NCBI GenBank assembly: GCA_964016885.1
Contig: OZ024744.1
Coordinates: 134,850,001 to 134,914,000, forward strand
Length of the DNA stretch: 64,000 nucleotides
DNA from: Eledone cirrhosa
Lineage: Eukaryota
Reading direction: 5' to 3'
Under the pieces are notes generated by a model. It searched no databases and had not been told where the DNA came from. It worked only from the letters and a program-made list of their open reading frames with translations. The position numbers and the translations under genes are program-made. Of the stretch, positions 24,101 to 37,154 are shown piece after piece. The number at the start of each line of letters is the position of its first letter. Positions within the stretch are counted from its first letter, which is position 1.

Positions 24101-24232
24101 GGTTAAGTTAAGTTGGGGTTTATTTAAGTTGGGGTTAAGTTAAGTTGGGGTTCAGTTAAGTTGGGGTTCAGTTAAGTTGGGGTTAAGTTAAGTTGGGGTT
24201 AAGTTAAGTTGGGGTTAAGATAAGTTGGGGTT

Positions 24233-24407
24233 AACCCCAACTTAACTTAACCCCAACTTCACTCAACCCCAACGTAACTCAACCCCAACTTAACTTAACC
24301 CCAACTTCACTCAACCCCAACTTAACTTAACCCCAACTTCACTCAACCCCAACTTCCAACTTGACTTAACCCCAACTTAACTTAGCCCCAACTTAACTTA
24401 AGCCCAA
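24233..24407 (-). repeat. Inverted cassette 10, haplotype A (175 bp)
   Basis: A deletion mark; 3287 bp after cassette 9; private flank variant CGGGGACAAG. Confidence 0.95.
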
Positions 24408-25872
24408 AGTCGGGGACAAGTTAAGTTGGCGTTAAGTTAAGTTGGCGTTAAGTTAAGTTAGGCTTAACTTAAGTTGGGGTTCAGTTAAGTTGGGGGTAAG
24501 TTAAGTTGGGGGTAAGTTAAGTTGGGGTTAAGTTAAGTTGCGGTTAAGTTGGGGTTAAGTTAAGTTAGGGTTAAGTTAAGTTGGGGTTGAGTTAAGTTGG
24601 GGTTAATTAAGTGGTGGTTATGTTAAGTTGGGGTTAAGTTAAGTTGGGGTTAATTTATATTGGGGTTAAGTTAACTTTGTGGTTAAGTTAAGTTGGGGTT
24701 GAGTTAAGTTGGGGTTAAGTTGGGGTTAAGTTAAGTTAGGTTTAAGTTAAGTTGGGGTTAAGTTAAGTTGGGGTTAAGTTAAGTTGTGGTTAAGTTAAGT
24801 TGGGGTTAAGTTAAGTTGGGGTTAAGTTAAGTCGGGGTTAAGTTAAGTTGGGGTTAATTTAAGTTGGGGTTAATTTAAGTTGGGGTTAAGTTAAGTTGGG
24901 GTTAAGTTAAGTTGGGTTTAAGTTAAGTTGGGGTTAAATTAAGTTGGGGTTAAATTAAGTTGGGGTTAAGTTAAGTTGGGGGTAAGTTAAGTTGGGGGCA
25001 AGTTAAGTTGGGGTTAATTTAAGTTGGGGTTAAATTAAGTTGGGGTTACGTTAAGTTGGTGTTAAGTTAAGTTGGGGTTAATTTAAGTTGGGGTTAATTA
25101 AGTTGGGGTTAAGTTAAGTTGGGGTTAAATTAAGTTGGGGTTAATTTAAGTTGGGGTTGAGTTAAGTTGGGGTTCAGTTAAGTTGGGGTTATATTAAGTT
25201 GGGGTTAAGTTAAGTTGGGGTTCAGTTAAGTTGGGGTTAAGTTAAGTTGGGGTTAAGTTAAGTTGAGGTTAAGTTAAGTTGGGGTTAAGTTAAGTTGGTG
25301 TTAAGTTAAGTTGGGGCTAAGTTAAGTTGGGGTTGAGTTAAGTTGGGGTTAAGTTGGGGTTAAGTTAAGTTAGGTTTAAGTTAAGTTGGGGTTTAGTTAA
25401 GTTGGGGTTAAGTTAAGTTGTGGTTAAGTTAAGTTGGGGTTAAGTTAAGTTGGGGTTAAGTTAAGTCGGGGTTAAGTTAAGTTGGGGTTAATTTAAGTTG
25501 GGGTTAATTTAAGTTGGGGTTAAGTTAAGTTGGGGTTAAGTTAAGTTGGGGTTAAGTTAATTGGGGTTAAGTTAAGTTGGGGTTAAGTTAAGTTGAGGTT
25601 AAGTTAAGTTGGGGTTAAATTAAGTTTGGGTTAAGTTAAGTTGGGGTTAAGTTAAGTTGGGGTTAAGTTAAGTTGGGGATAAGTTAAGTTGGGGCTAATT
25701 TAAGTTGGGGCTGAGTTAAGTTGGGGTTAAGTTAAGTTGGGGTTAAGTTAAGTTGGGGTTTATTTAAGTTGGGGTTAAGTTAAGTTGGGGTTCAGTTAAG
25801 TTGGGGTTCAGTTAAGTTGGGGTTAAGTTAAGTTGGGGTTAAGTTAAGTTGGGGTTAAGATAAGTTGGGGTT

Positions 25873-26047
25873 AACCCCAACTTAACTTAACCCCAACTTC
25901 ACTCAACCCCAACGTAACTCAACCCCAACTTAACTTAACCCCAACTTCACTCAACCCCAACTTAACTTAACCCCAACTTCACTCAACCCCAACTTCCAAC
26001 TTGACTTAACCCCAACTTAACTTAGCCCCAACTTAACTTAAGCCCAA
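25873..26047 (-). repeat. Inverted cassette 11, haplotype A (175 bp)
   Basis: A deletion mark; GATAAG upstream. Confidence 0.95.
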
Positions 26048-27894
26048 AGTCGGGGTTAAGTTAAGTTGGCGTTAAGTTAAGTTGGCGTTAAGTTAAGTTA
26101 GGCTTAACTTAAGTTGGGGTTCAGTTAAGTTGGGGGTAAGTTAAGTTGGGGGTAAGTTAAGTTGGGGTTAAGTTAAGTTGCGGTTAAGTTGGGGTTAAGT
26201 TAAGTTAGGGTTAAGTTAAGTTGGGGTTGAGTTAAGTTGGGGTTAATTAAGTGGTGGTTATGTTAAGTTGGGGTTAAGTTAAGTTGGGGTTAATTTAAAT
26301 TGGGGTTAAGTTAACTTTGTGGTTAAGTTAAGTTGGGGTTGAGTTAAGTTGGGGTTAAGTTGGGGTTAAGTTAAGTTAGGTTTAAGTTAAGTTGGGGTTA
26401 AGTTAAGTTGGGGTTAAGTTAAGTTGTGGTTAAGTTAAGTTGGGGTTAAGTTAAGTTGGGGTTAAGTTAAGTCGGGGTTAAGTTAAGTTGGGGTTAATTT
26501 AAGTTGGGGTTAATTTAAGTTGGGGTTAAGTTAAGTTGGGGTTAAGTTAAGTTGGGTTTAAGTTAAGTTGGGGTTAAATTAAGTTGGGGTTAAATTAAGT
26601 TGGGGTTAAGTTAAGTTGGGGGTAAGTTAAGTTGGGGGCAAGTTAAGTTGGGGTTAATTTAAGTTGGGGTTAAATTAAGTTGGGGTTACGTTAAGTTGGT
26701 GTTAAGTTAAGTTGGGGTTAATTTAAGTTGGGGTTAATTAAGTTGGGGTTAAGTTAAGTTGGGGTTAAGTTAAGTTGGGGTTAATTTAAGTTGGGGTTGA
26801 GTTAAGTTGGGGTTCAGTTAAGTTGGGGTTATATTAAGTTGGGGTTAAGTTAAGTTGAGGTTAAGTTAAGTTGGGGTTAAGTTAAGTTGGTGTTAAGTTA
26901 AGTTGGGGCTAAGTTAAGTTGGGGTTGAGTTAAGTTGGGGTTAAGTTGGGGTTAAGTTAAGTTAGGTTTAAGTTAAGTTGGGGTTTAGTTAAGTTGGGGT
27001 TAAGTTAAGTTGTGGTTAAGTTAAGTTGGGGTTAAGTTAAGTTGCGGGTAATTTAAGTTGGGGTTAAGTTAAGTTGGGGTTAAGTTAAGTTGGGGTTAAG
27101 TTAAGTTGGGGTTAAGTTAAGTTGGGGCTAATTTAAGTTGGGGCTGAGTTAAGTTGGGGTTAAGTTAAGTTGGGGTTAAGTTAAGTTGGGATTAAGTTAA
27201 GTTGGGGTTAAGTTAAGTTGGGGTTTATTTAAGTTGGGGTTAAGTTAAGTTGGGGTTGAGTTAAGTTGGGGTTCAGTTAAGTTGGGGTTAAGTTAAGTTG
27301 GGGTTAAGGTAAGTTGGGGTTAAGTTAAGTCGGGGTTAATTTAAGTCGGGGTTAAGTTAAGTTAGGGTTCAGTTAAGTTGGGGTTAAGTTAAGTTGGGGT
27401 TGAGTTAAGATGGGGTTCAGTTAAATTGGGGTTGAGTTAAGTTGGGGTTGAGTTAAGTTGGTGTTGAGTTAAGTTGGGGTTAAGTTAAATTGGGGTTAAG
27501 TTAAGTTGCAGTTAAGTTAAGTTGAGGTTAAGTTAAGGTGCGGTTAAGTTAAGTTGGGGTTAAGTTAAGTTGGGGCTAAGTTAAGTTGGGGCTAAGTTAA
27601 GTTGGGGCTAAATTAAGTTGGGGTTAAGTTAAGTTGGGGTTAAGTTAAGTCGGGGTTAAGTTAAGTTGGGGTAAAGTTAAGTTGGGGTTAAGTTAAGTCG
27701 GGGTTAAGTTAAGTTGTGGTTGAGTTAAGTTGGGGTTAATTTAAGTTGGGGCTAAGTTAAGTTGGGGTTAAGTTAAGTTGGGGTTAAGTTAAGTTGGTTA
27801 GTTAAGTTGAGTTTAAGTTAAGTTGGGGTTAATTTAAGTTGGGGTTAAGTTAAGTTGGGGTTAAGTTAAGTTGGGGTTAAGTTAAGTTGGGGTT

Positions 27895-28069
27895 AACCCC
27901 AACTTAACTTAACCCCAACTTCACTCAACCCCAACGTAACTCAACCCCAACTTAACTTAACCCCAACTTCACTCAACCCCAACTTAACTTAACCCCAACT
28001 TCACTCAACCCCAACTTCCAACTTGACTTAACCCCAACTTAACTTAGCCCCAACTTAACTTAAGCCCAA
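27895..28069 (-). repeat. Inverted cassette 12, haplotype A (175 bp)
   Basis: A deletion mark. Confidence 0.95.
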
Positions 28070-30199
28070 AGTCGGGGTTAAGTTAAGTTGGCGTTAAGTT
28101 AAGTTGGCGTTAAGTTAAGTTAGGCTTAACTTAAGTTGGGGTTCAGTTAAGTTGGGGGTAAGTTAAGTTGGGGGTAAGTTAAGTTGGGGGTAAGTTAAGT
28201 TGGGGTTAAGTTAAGTTGCGGTTAAGTTGGGGTTAAGTTAAGTTAGGGTTAAGTTAAGTTGGGGTTGAGTTAAGTTGGGGTTAATTAAGTGGTGGTTATG
28301 TTAAGTTGGGGTTAAGTTAAGTTGGGGTTAATTTAAATTGAGGTTAAGTTAACTTTGTGGTTAAGTTAAGTTGGGGTTAAGTTAAGTTGGGGTAAAGTTG
28401 GGGTTGAGTTAAGTTGGGGTTGAGTGAAGTTGGGGTTAAGTTAAGTTGGGGTTAAGTTAAGTTGGGGTTAAGATAAGTTAGGGTTAAGTTAAGTTGGGGT
28501 TAAGTTAAGTTGGGGTTGAGTTAAGTTGGGGTTGAGTTAATTTGGGGTTAAGTTAAGTTGGGGTTAAGTTAAGTTGGGTTTAAGTTAAGTTGGGGTTGAA
28601 TTAAGTTGGGGTTAAATTAAGTTGGGGTTAAGTTAAGTTGGGGGTAAGTTAAGTTGGAGGCAAGTTAATTTGGGGTTAATTTAAGTTGGGGTTAATTAAG
28701 TTGGGGTTAAGTTAAGTTGGGGTTAAGTTAAGTTGGGGTTAATTTAAGTTGGGGTTGAGTTAAGTTGGGGTTAAGTTAAGTTGGGGTTATATTAAGTTGG
28801 GGTTAAGTTAAGTTGGGGTTCAGTTAAGTTGGGGTTAAGTTAAGTTGGGGTTAAGTTAAGTTGGGGCTAAGTTAAGTTGGGGCTGAGTTAAGTTGGGGCT
28901 GAGTTAAGTTGGGGCTAAGTTAAGTTGGGGTTGAGTTAAGTTGGGGTTAAGTTGGGGTTAAGTTAAGTTAGGTTTAAGTTAAGTTGGGGTTAAGTTAAGT
29001 TGGGGTTAAGTTAAGTTGGGGTTAAGTTAAGTTGGGGTTAAGTTAATTTGTGGTTAAGTTAAGTTGTGGTTAAGTTAAGTTGGGGTTAAGTTAAGTTGGG
29101 CTTAAGTTAAGTCGGGGTTAAGTTAAGTTGGGGTTAAGTTAAGTTGGGGTTAATTTAAGTTGGGGTTAAGTTAAGTTGGGGTTATGTTAAGTTGGGTTTA
29201 AGTTAAGTTGGGGTTAAGTTAAGTTGAGGTTAAGTTAAGTTGGGGTTAAATTAAGTTGGGGTTACGTTAAGTTGGGGTTAAGTTAAGTTGGGGTTAAGTT
29301 AAGTTGGGGATAAGTTAAGTTGGGGATAATTTAAGTTGGGGTTAAGTTAAGTTGGGTTTAAGTTAAGTTGGGGTTAAGTTAAGTTGGGGTTAAGTTAAGT
29401 TGGGGTTAAGTTAAGTTGGGGTTAAGTTAAGTTGGGGCTAAGTTAAGTTGGGGCTGAGTTAAGTTGGGGTTAAGTTAAATTGGGGTTAAGTTAAGTTGGG
29501 GTTAAGTTAAGTTGGGGTTAAGTTAAGTTGGGGTTTATTTAAGTTGGGGTTAAGTTAAGTTGGGGTTCAGTTAAGTTGGGGTTCAGTTAAGTTGGGGTTA
29601 AGTTAAGTTGGGGTTAAGATGGGGTTAAATTAAGTTGGGGTTAAGTTAAGTTGGGGTTAAGTTAAGTTGGGGTTAAGCTAAGTTGGGGTTAAGTTAAGTC
29701 GGGGTTAAGTTAAGTCGGGGTTAAGTTAAGTTAGGGTTCAGTTAAGTTGGGGTTAAGTTAAGTTGGGGTTGAGTTAAGTTGGGGTTGAGTTAAGTTGGGG
29801 TTAAGTTAAGTTGGGGTTAAGTTAAGTTGCAGTTAAGTTAAGTTGAGGTTAAGTTAAGGTGCGGTTAAGTTAAGTTGGGGTTAAGTTAAGTTGGGGCTAA
29901 GTTAAGTTGGGGCTAAGTTAAGTTGGGGCTAAGTTAAGTTTGGGTTAAGTTAAGTCGGGGTTAAGTTAAGTTGGGGTTAAGTTAAGTTGGGGTTAATTTA
30001 AGTTGGGGTTAAGTTAAGTTGGGGTTAAGTTAAGTTGGGGTTAAGTTAAGTTGGGGTTGAGTTAAGTTGGGTTTAAGTTAAGTTGGGGTTAAGTTAAGTT
30101 GGTTAGTTAAGTTGAGTTTAAGTTAAGTTGGGGTTAATTTAAGTTGGGGTTAAGTTAAGTTGGGGTTAAGTTAAGTTGGGGTTAAGTTAAGTTGGGTTT

Positions 30200-30399
30200 A
30201 ACCCCAACTTAACTTAACCCCAACTTCACTCAACCCCAACTTCACTCAACCCCAACTTAACTTAACCCCAACTTCACTCAACCCCAACTTAACTTAACCC
30301 CAACTTCACTCAACACCAACTTAAGTCAACCCCAACTTAACTTAACCCCAACTTGACTTAACCCCAACTTAAATTAGCCCCAACTTAACTTAAGCCCAA
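30200..30399 (-). repeat. Inverted cassette 13, haplotype B (200 bp)
   Basis: B marks; third unit reads CTTCACTC instead of CGTAACTC. Confidence 0.95.
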
Positions 30400-33300
30400 A
30401 GTCGGGGTTAAGTTAAGTTGGCGTTATGTTAAGTCAGGCTTAACTTAAGTTGGGGTTCAGTTAAGTTGGGGGTAAGTTAAGTTGCGGGTAAGTTAAGTTG
30501 GGGTTAAGTTAAGTTGCGGTTAAGTTGGGGTTAAGTTAAGTTAGGGTTAAGTTAAGTTGGGGTTGAGTTAAGTTGGGGTTAATTAAGTGGTGGTTATGTT
30601 AAGTTGGGGTTAATTTAAATTGGGGTTAAGTTAACTTTGTGGTTAAGTTAAGTTGGGGTTAAGTTAAGTTGGGGTTAAGTTGGGGTTGAGTTAAGTTGGG
30701 GTTGAGTGAAGTTGGGGTTAAGTTAAGTTGGGGTAAAGTTAAGTTGGGGTTAAGTTAAGTCGGGGTTAAGTTAAGTTGTGGTTGAGTTAAGTTGGGGTTA
30801 ATTTAAGTTGGGGCTAAGTTAATTTGTGGTTAAGTTAAGTTGGGGTTAAGTTAAGTTGGGGTTAAGTTAAGTTGGGGTTGAGTTAAGTTGGGGTTGAGTT
30901 AAGTTGGGGTTAAGTTAAGTTGGGGTCAAGTTAAGTTGGGGTTAAGTTGGGGTTAAGTTAAGTTAGGTTTAAGTTAAGTTGGGGTTAAGTTAAGTTGGGG
31001 TTAAGTTAAGTTGGGGTTAAGTTAAGTTGGGGTTAAGTTAAGTTGGGGTTAAGTTAATTTGTGGTTAAGTTAAGTTGGGGTTAAGTTAAGTTGGGGTTAA
31101 GTTAAGTCGGGGTTAAGTTAAGTTGGGGTTAAGTTAAGTTGGGGTTAATTTAAGTTGGGGTTAAGTTAAGTTGGGGTTAAATTAAGTTGGGGTTAAGTTA
31201 AGTTGGGGTTAAGTTAAGTTGGTGTTAAGTTAAGTTGGGGCTAAGTTAAGTTGGGGCTGAGTTAAGTTGGGGCTGAGTTAAGTTGGGGCTAAGTTAAGTT
31301 GGGGTTGAGTTAAGTTGGGGTTAAGTTGGGGTTAAGTTAAGTTAGGTTTAAGTTAAGTTGGGGTTAAGTTAAGTTGGGGTTAAGTTAAGTTGGGGTTAAG
31401 TTAAGTTGGGGTTAAGTTAAGTTGGGGTTAAGTTAATTTGTGGTTAAGTTAAGTTGTGGTTAAGTTAAGTTGGGGTTAAGTTAAGTTGGGGTTAAGTTAA
31501 GTCGGGGTTAAATTAAGTTGGGGTTAAGTTAAGTTGGGGTTAATTTAAGTTGGGGTTAAGTTATGTTGGGGTTAAGTTAATTGGGGTTAAGTTAAGTTGG
31601 GGTTAAGTTAAGTTGAGGTTAAGTTAAGTTGGGGTTAAATTAAGTTGGGGTTAAGTTAAGTTGGGGTTAAGTTAAGTTGGGTTAAGTTAAGTTGGGGATA
31701 AGTTAAGTTGGGGATAATTTAAGTTGGGGTTAAGTTAAGTTGGGTTTAAGTTAAGTTGGGGTTAAGTTAAGTTGGGGCTAAGTTAAGTTGGGGCTAAGTT
31801 AAGTTGGGGTTAAGTTAAGTTGGGGTTAAGTTAAGTCGGGGTTAAGTTAAGTTGGGGTTAAGTTAAGTTGGGGTTAATTTAAGTTGGGGTTGAGTTAAGT
31901 TGGTGTTGAGTTAAGTTGGGGTTAAGTTAAGTTGGGGTTAAGTTAAGTTGCAGTTAAGTTAAGTTGAGGTTAAGTTAAGGTGCGGTTAAGTTAAGTTGGG
32001 GTTAAGTTAAGTTGGGGCTAAGTTAAGTTGGGGCTAAGTTACGTTGGGGTTAAGTTAAGTTGGGGTTAAGTTAAGTCGGGGTTAAGTTAAGTTGGGGTTA
32101 AGTTAAGTTGGGGTTAATTTAAGTTGGGGTTAAGTTAATTTGGGGTTAAGTTAAGTTGGGGTTAAGTTAAGTTGGGGTTAAGTTAAGTCGGGGTTAATTT
32201 AAGTCGGGGTTAAGTTAAGTTAGGGTTCAGTTAAGTTGGGGTTAAGTTAAGTTGGGGTTGAGTTAAGTTGGGGTTGAGTTAAATTGGGGTTGAGTTAAGT
32301 TGGGGTTGAGTTAAGTTGGTGTTGAGTTAAGTTGGGGTTAAGTTAAGTTGGGGTTAAGTTAAGTTGCAGTTAAGTTAAGTTGAGGTTAAGTTAAGGTGGG
32401 GTTAAGTTAAGTCGGAGTTAAGTTAAGTTGTGGTTGATTTAAGTTGGGGTTAATTTAAGTTGGGGCTAAGTTAATTTGTGGTTAAGTTAAGTTGGGGTTA
32501 AGTTAAGTTGGGGTTAAGTTAAGTTGGGGTTGAGTTAAGTTGGGGTTGAGTTAATTTGGGGTTAAGTTAAGTTGGGGTTAAGTTAAGTTGGGTTTAAGTT
32601 AAGTTGGGGTTAAATTAAGTTGGAGTTAAATTAAGTTGGGGTTAAGTTAAGTTGGGGGTAAGTTAAGTTGGGGGCAAGTTAAGTTGGGGTTAATTTAAGT
32701 TGGGGTTAAATTAAGTTGGGGTTACGTTAAGTTGGTGTTAAGTTAAGTTGGGGTTAATTTAAGTTGGGGTTAATTAAGTTGGGGTTAAGTTAAGTTGGGG
32801 TTAAGTTAAGTTGGGGTTAATTTAAGTTGGGGTTGAGTTAAGTTGGGGTTAAGTTAAGTTGGGGTTATATTAAGTTGGGGTTAAGTTAAGTTGGGGTTCA
32901 GTTAAGTTGGGGATAAGTTAAGTTGGGGTTAAGTTAAGTTGGGGTTAATTAAGTTGGGGTTAAGTTAAGTTGGGGTTAAGTTAAGTTGGGGCTAAGTTAA
33001 GTTGGGGCTTAATTAAGTTGGGGCTGAGTTAAGTTGGGGTTAAGTTAAGTTGGGGTTGAGTTAAGTTGGGGTTAAGTTAAGTTGGGGTCAAGTTAAGTTG
33101 GGGTTAAGTTGGGGTTAAGTTATGTTAGGTTTAAGTTAAGTTGGGGTTAAGTTAAGTTGGGGTTAAGTTAAGTCGGGGTTAAGTTAAGTTGGGGTTAAGT
33201 TAAGTTGGGGTTAAGTTAATTTGTGGTTTAGTTAAGTTGGGGTTAAGTTAAGTTGGGGTTAAGTTAAGTTGGGGTTAAGTTAAGTCGGGGTTAAGTTAAG

Positions 33301-35568
33301 TTGGGGTTAAGTTAAGTTGGGGTTAAGTTAAGTTGGGGTTAAGTTAAGTTGGGGTTAAGTTAAGTTGGGGTTAAGTTAAGTTGAGGTTAAGTTAAGTTGG
33401 GGTTAAATTAAGTTGGGGTTAAGTTAAGTTGGGGTTAAGTTAAGTTGGGGTTAAGTTAAGTTGGGGATAAGTTAAGTTGGGGATAATTTAAGTTGGGGTT
33501 AAGTTAAGTTGGGTTTAAGTTAAGTTGGGGTTAAGTTAAGTTGGGGTTAAGTTAAGTTGGGGTTAAGTTAAGTTGGGGCTAAGTTAAGTTGGGGCTGAGT
33601 TAAGTTGGGGTTAATTTAAGTTGGGGTTAAGTTAAGTTAGGGTTCAGTTAAGTTGGGGTTAAGTTAAGTTGGGGTTGAGTTAAGTTGGGGTTGAGTTAAA
33701 TTGGGGTTGAGTTAAGTTGGGGTTGAGTTAAGTTGGTGTTGAGTTAAGTTGGGGTTAAGTTAAGTTGGGGTTAAGTTAAGTTGCAGTTAAGTTAAGTTGA
33801 GGTTAAGTTAAGGTGGGGTTAAGTTAAGTCGGGGTTAAGTTAAGTTGTGGTTGAGTTAAGTTGGGGTTAATTTAAGTTGGGGCTAAGTTAATTTGTGGTT
33901 AAGTTAAGTTGGGGTTAAGTTAAGTTGGGGTTAAGTTAAGTTGGGGTTGAGTTAAGTTGGGGTTGAGTTAATTTGGGGTTAAGTTAAGTTGGGGTTAAGT
34001 TAAGTTGGGTTTAAGTTAAGTTGGGGTTAAATTAAGTTGGAGTTAAATTAAGTTGGGGTTAAGTTAAGTTGGGGGTAAGTTAAGTTGGGGGCAAGTTAAG
34101 TTGGGGTTAATTTAAGTTGGGGTTAAATTAAGTTGGGGTTACGTTAAGTTGGTGTTAAGTTAAGTTGGGGTTAATTTAAGTTGGGGTTAATTAAGTTGGG
34201 GTTAAGTTAAGTTGGGGTTAAGTTAAGTTGGGGTTAATTTAAGTTGGGGTTGAGTTAAGTTGGGGTTAAGTTAAGTTGGGGTTATATTAAGTTGGGGTTA
34301 AGTTAAGTTGGGGTTCAGTTAAGTTGGGGATAAGTTAAGTTGGGGTTAAGTTAAGTTGGGGTTAATTAAGTTGGGGTTAAGTTAAGTTGGGGTTAAGTTA
34401 AGTTGGGGCTAAGTTAAGTTGGGGCTTAATTAAGTTGGGGCTGAGTTAAGTTGGGGTTAAGTTAAGTTGGGGTTGAGTTAAGTTGGGGTTAAGTTAAGTT
34501 GGGGTCAAGTTAAGTTGGGGTTAAGTTGGGGTTAAGTTAAGTTAGGTTTAAGTTAAGTTGGGGTTAAGTTAAGTTGGGGTTAATTTAAGTTGGGGTTAAG
34601 TTAAGTTGGGGTTAAGTTAAGTTGGGGTTAAGTTAATTTGTGGTTTAGTTAAGTTGGGGTTAAGTTAAGTTGGGGTTAAGTTAAGTTGGGGTTAAGTTAA
34701 GTCGGGGTTAAGTTAAGTTGGGGTTAAGTTAAGTTGGGGTTAAGTTATGTTGGGGTTAAGTTAAGTTGGGGTTAAGTTAAGTTGAGGATAAGTTAAGTTG
34801 GGGTTAAATTAAGTTGGGGTTAAGTTAAGTTGGGGTTAAGTTAAGTTGGGGTTAAGTTAAGTTGGGGATAAGTTAAGTTGGGGATAATTTAAGTTGGGGT
34901 TAAGTTAAGTTGGGTTTAAGTTAAGTTGGGGTTAAGTTAAGTTGGGGTTAAGTTAAGTTGGGGTTAAGTTAAGTTGGGGTTAAGTTAAGTTGAGGATAAG
35001 TTAAGTTGGGGTTAAATTAAGTTGGGGTTAAGTTAAGTTGGGGTTAAGTTAAGTTGGGGTTAAGTTAAGTTGGGGATAAGTTAAGTTGGGGATAATTTAA
35101 GTTGGGGTTAAGTTAAGTTGGGTTTAAATTAAGTTGGGGTTAAGTTAAGTTGGGGTTAAGTTAAGTTGGGATTAATTTAAGTTGGGGTTTATTTAAGTTG
35201 GGGTTAAGTTAAGTTGGGGTTCAGTTAAGTTGGGGTTAAGTTAAGTTGGGGTTAATATGGGGTTAAATTAAGTTGGGGTTAAGTTAAGTTGGGGTTAAGT
35301 TAAGTTGGGGTTAAGTTAAGTTGGGGTTAAGTTAAGTCGGGGTTAAGTTAAGTCGGGGTTAAGTTAAGTTAGGGTTCTGTTAAGTTGGGGTTAAGTTAAG
35401 TTGGGGTTAAGTTAAGTTGGGGCTAAGTTAAGTTGGGGCTAAGTTAAGTTGGGGCTAAGTTAAGTCGGAGTTAAGTTAAGTTGGGGTTAAGTTAAGTTGG
35501 GGTTAATTTAAGTTGGGGTTAAGTTAAGTTGGGGTTAAGTTAAGTTGGGGTTAAGTTAAGTTGGGGTT

Positions 35569-35768
35569 AACCCCAACTTAACTTAACCCCAACTTCACTC
35601 AACCCCAACGTAACTCAACCCCAACTTAACTTAACCCCAACTTCACTCAACCCCAAATTAACTTAACCCCAACTTCACTCAACCCCAACTTAAGTCAACC
35701 CCAACTTAACTTAACCCCAACTTGACTTAACCCCAACTTAACTTAGCCCCAACTTAACTTAAGCCCAA
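35569..35768 (-). repeat. Inverted cassette 14, haplotype C (200 bp)
   Basis: GGGGTT|AACCCC junction; full CTTAAGTCAACC unit; no B marks. Confidence 0.95.
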
Positions 35769-36943
35769 AGTCGGGGTTAAGTTAAGTTGGCGTTAAGTTA
35801 AGTTAGGCTTAACTTAAGTTGGGGGTAAGTTAAGTTGGGGGTAAGTTAAGTTGGGGTTAAGTTAAGTTGCTGTTAAGTTGGGGTTAAGTTAAGTTAGGGT
35901 TAAGTTAAGTTGGCGTTGAGTTAAGTTGGGGTTAATTAAGTGGTGGTTATGTTAAGTTGGGGTTAATTTAAATTGGGGTGAAGTTAACTTTGTGGTTAAG
36001 TTAAGTAGGGGTTAAGTTAAGTTGGGGTTAAGTTGGGGTTGAGTTAAGTTGGGGTTGAGTGAAGTTGGGGTTAAGTTAAGTTGGGGTAAAGTTAAGTTGG
36101 GGTTAAGTTAAGTCGGGGTTAAGTTAAGTTGTGGTTGAGTTAAGTTGGGGTTAATTTAAGTTGGGGCTAAGTTAATTTGTGGTTAAGTTAAGTTGCAGTT
36201 AAGTTAAGTTGAGGTTAAGTTAAGTTGGGGTTAAGTTAGGTTGGGGTTAAGTTAAGTTGGGGTTCAGTTAAGTTGGGGTTAAGTTAAGTTGGGGTTAAGA
36301 TGGGGTTAAATTAAGTTGGGGTTAAGTTAATTTGGGGTTAAGTTAAGTTGGGGTTAAGTTAAGTCGGGGTTAAGTTAAGTCGGGGTTAAGTTAAGTCGGG
36401 GTTAAGTTAAGTTAGGGTTCAGTTAAGTTGGGGTTAAGTTAAGTTGGGGTTGAGTTAAGTTGGGGTTGAGTTAAATTGGGGTTGAGTTAAGTTGGGGTTG
36501 AGTTAAGTTGGTGTTGAGTTAAGTTGGGGTTAAGTTAAGGTGGGGTTAAGTTAAGTTGCAGTTAAGTTAAGTTGAGGTTAAGTTAAGGTGCGGTTAAATT
36601 AAGTTGGGGTTAAGTTAAGTTGGGGCTAAGTTAAGTTGGGGCTAAGTTAAGTTGGGGCTAAGTTAAGTTGGGGTTACGTTACGTTGGGGTTAAGTTAAGT
36701 TGGGGTTAATTTAAGTTGGGGTTAAGTTAAGTGGGGTTAAGTTAAGTTGGGGTTAAGTTAAGTTGGGGTTAAGTTAAGTTGGGTTTAAGTTAAGTTGGGG
36801 TTAAGTTAAGTTGGGGTCAAGTTAAGTTGGGGTTAAGTTAAGTTGGTTAGTTAAGTTGAGTTTAAGTTAAGTTGGGGTTAATTTAAGTTGGGGTTAAGTT
36901 AAGTTGGGGTTAAGTTAAGTTGGGGTTAAGTTAAGTTGGGGTT

Positions 36944-37154
36944 AACCCCAACTTAACTTAACCCCAACTTAACTTAACCCCAACTTCACTCAACCCCAAC
37001 GTAACTCAACCCCAACTTAACTTAACCCAACTTCACTCAACCCCAACTTAACTTAACCCCAACTTCACTCAACCCCAACTTAAGTCAACCCCAACTTAAC
37101 TTAACCCCAACTTGACTTAACCCCAACTTAAGCCCCAACTTAACTTAAGCCCAA
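36944..37154 (-). repeat. Inverted cassette 15, haplotype D (211 bp)
   Basis: Extra first monomer; one C3 unit (TTAACCCAAC); 4-bp deletion giving ACTTAAGCCCC. Confidence 0.95.

Larger units (their letters stand above)
19060..25680 (+). repeat. Tandem duplication with a 3287-bp period (3367 after an 80-bp indel)
   Basis: Offset 3287 for the TGGCG C at 19071/22358, GGATCT 20034/23321 and cassettes 20946/24233; offset 3367 for the TTCAG C at 21808/25175. Boundaries approximate. Confidence 0.88.

Noticed and set aside
35569-35768. Cassette length (152-216 bp) matching a nucleosome repeat length
   Set aside because: All copies descend from one event, so this is a single observation, and nothing in the sequence supports it further.
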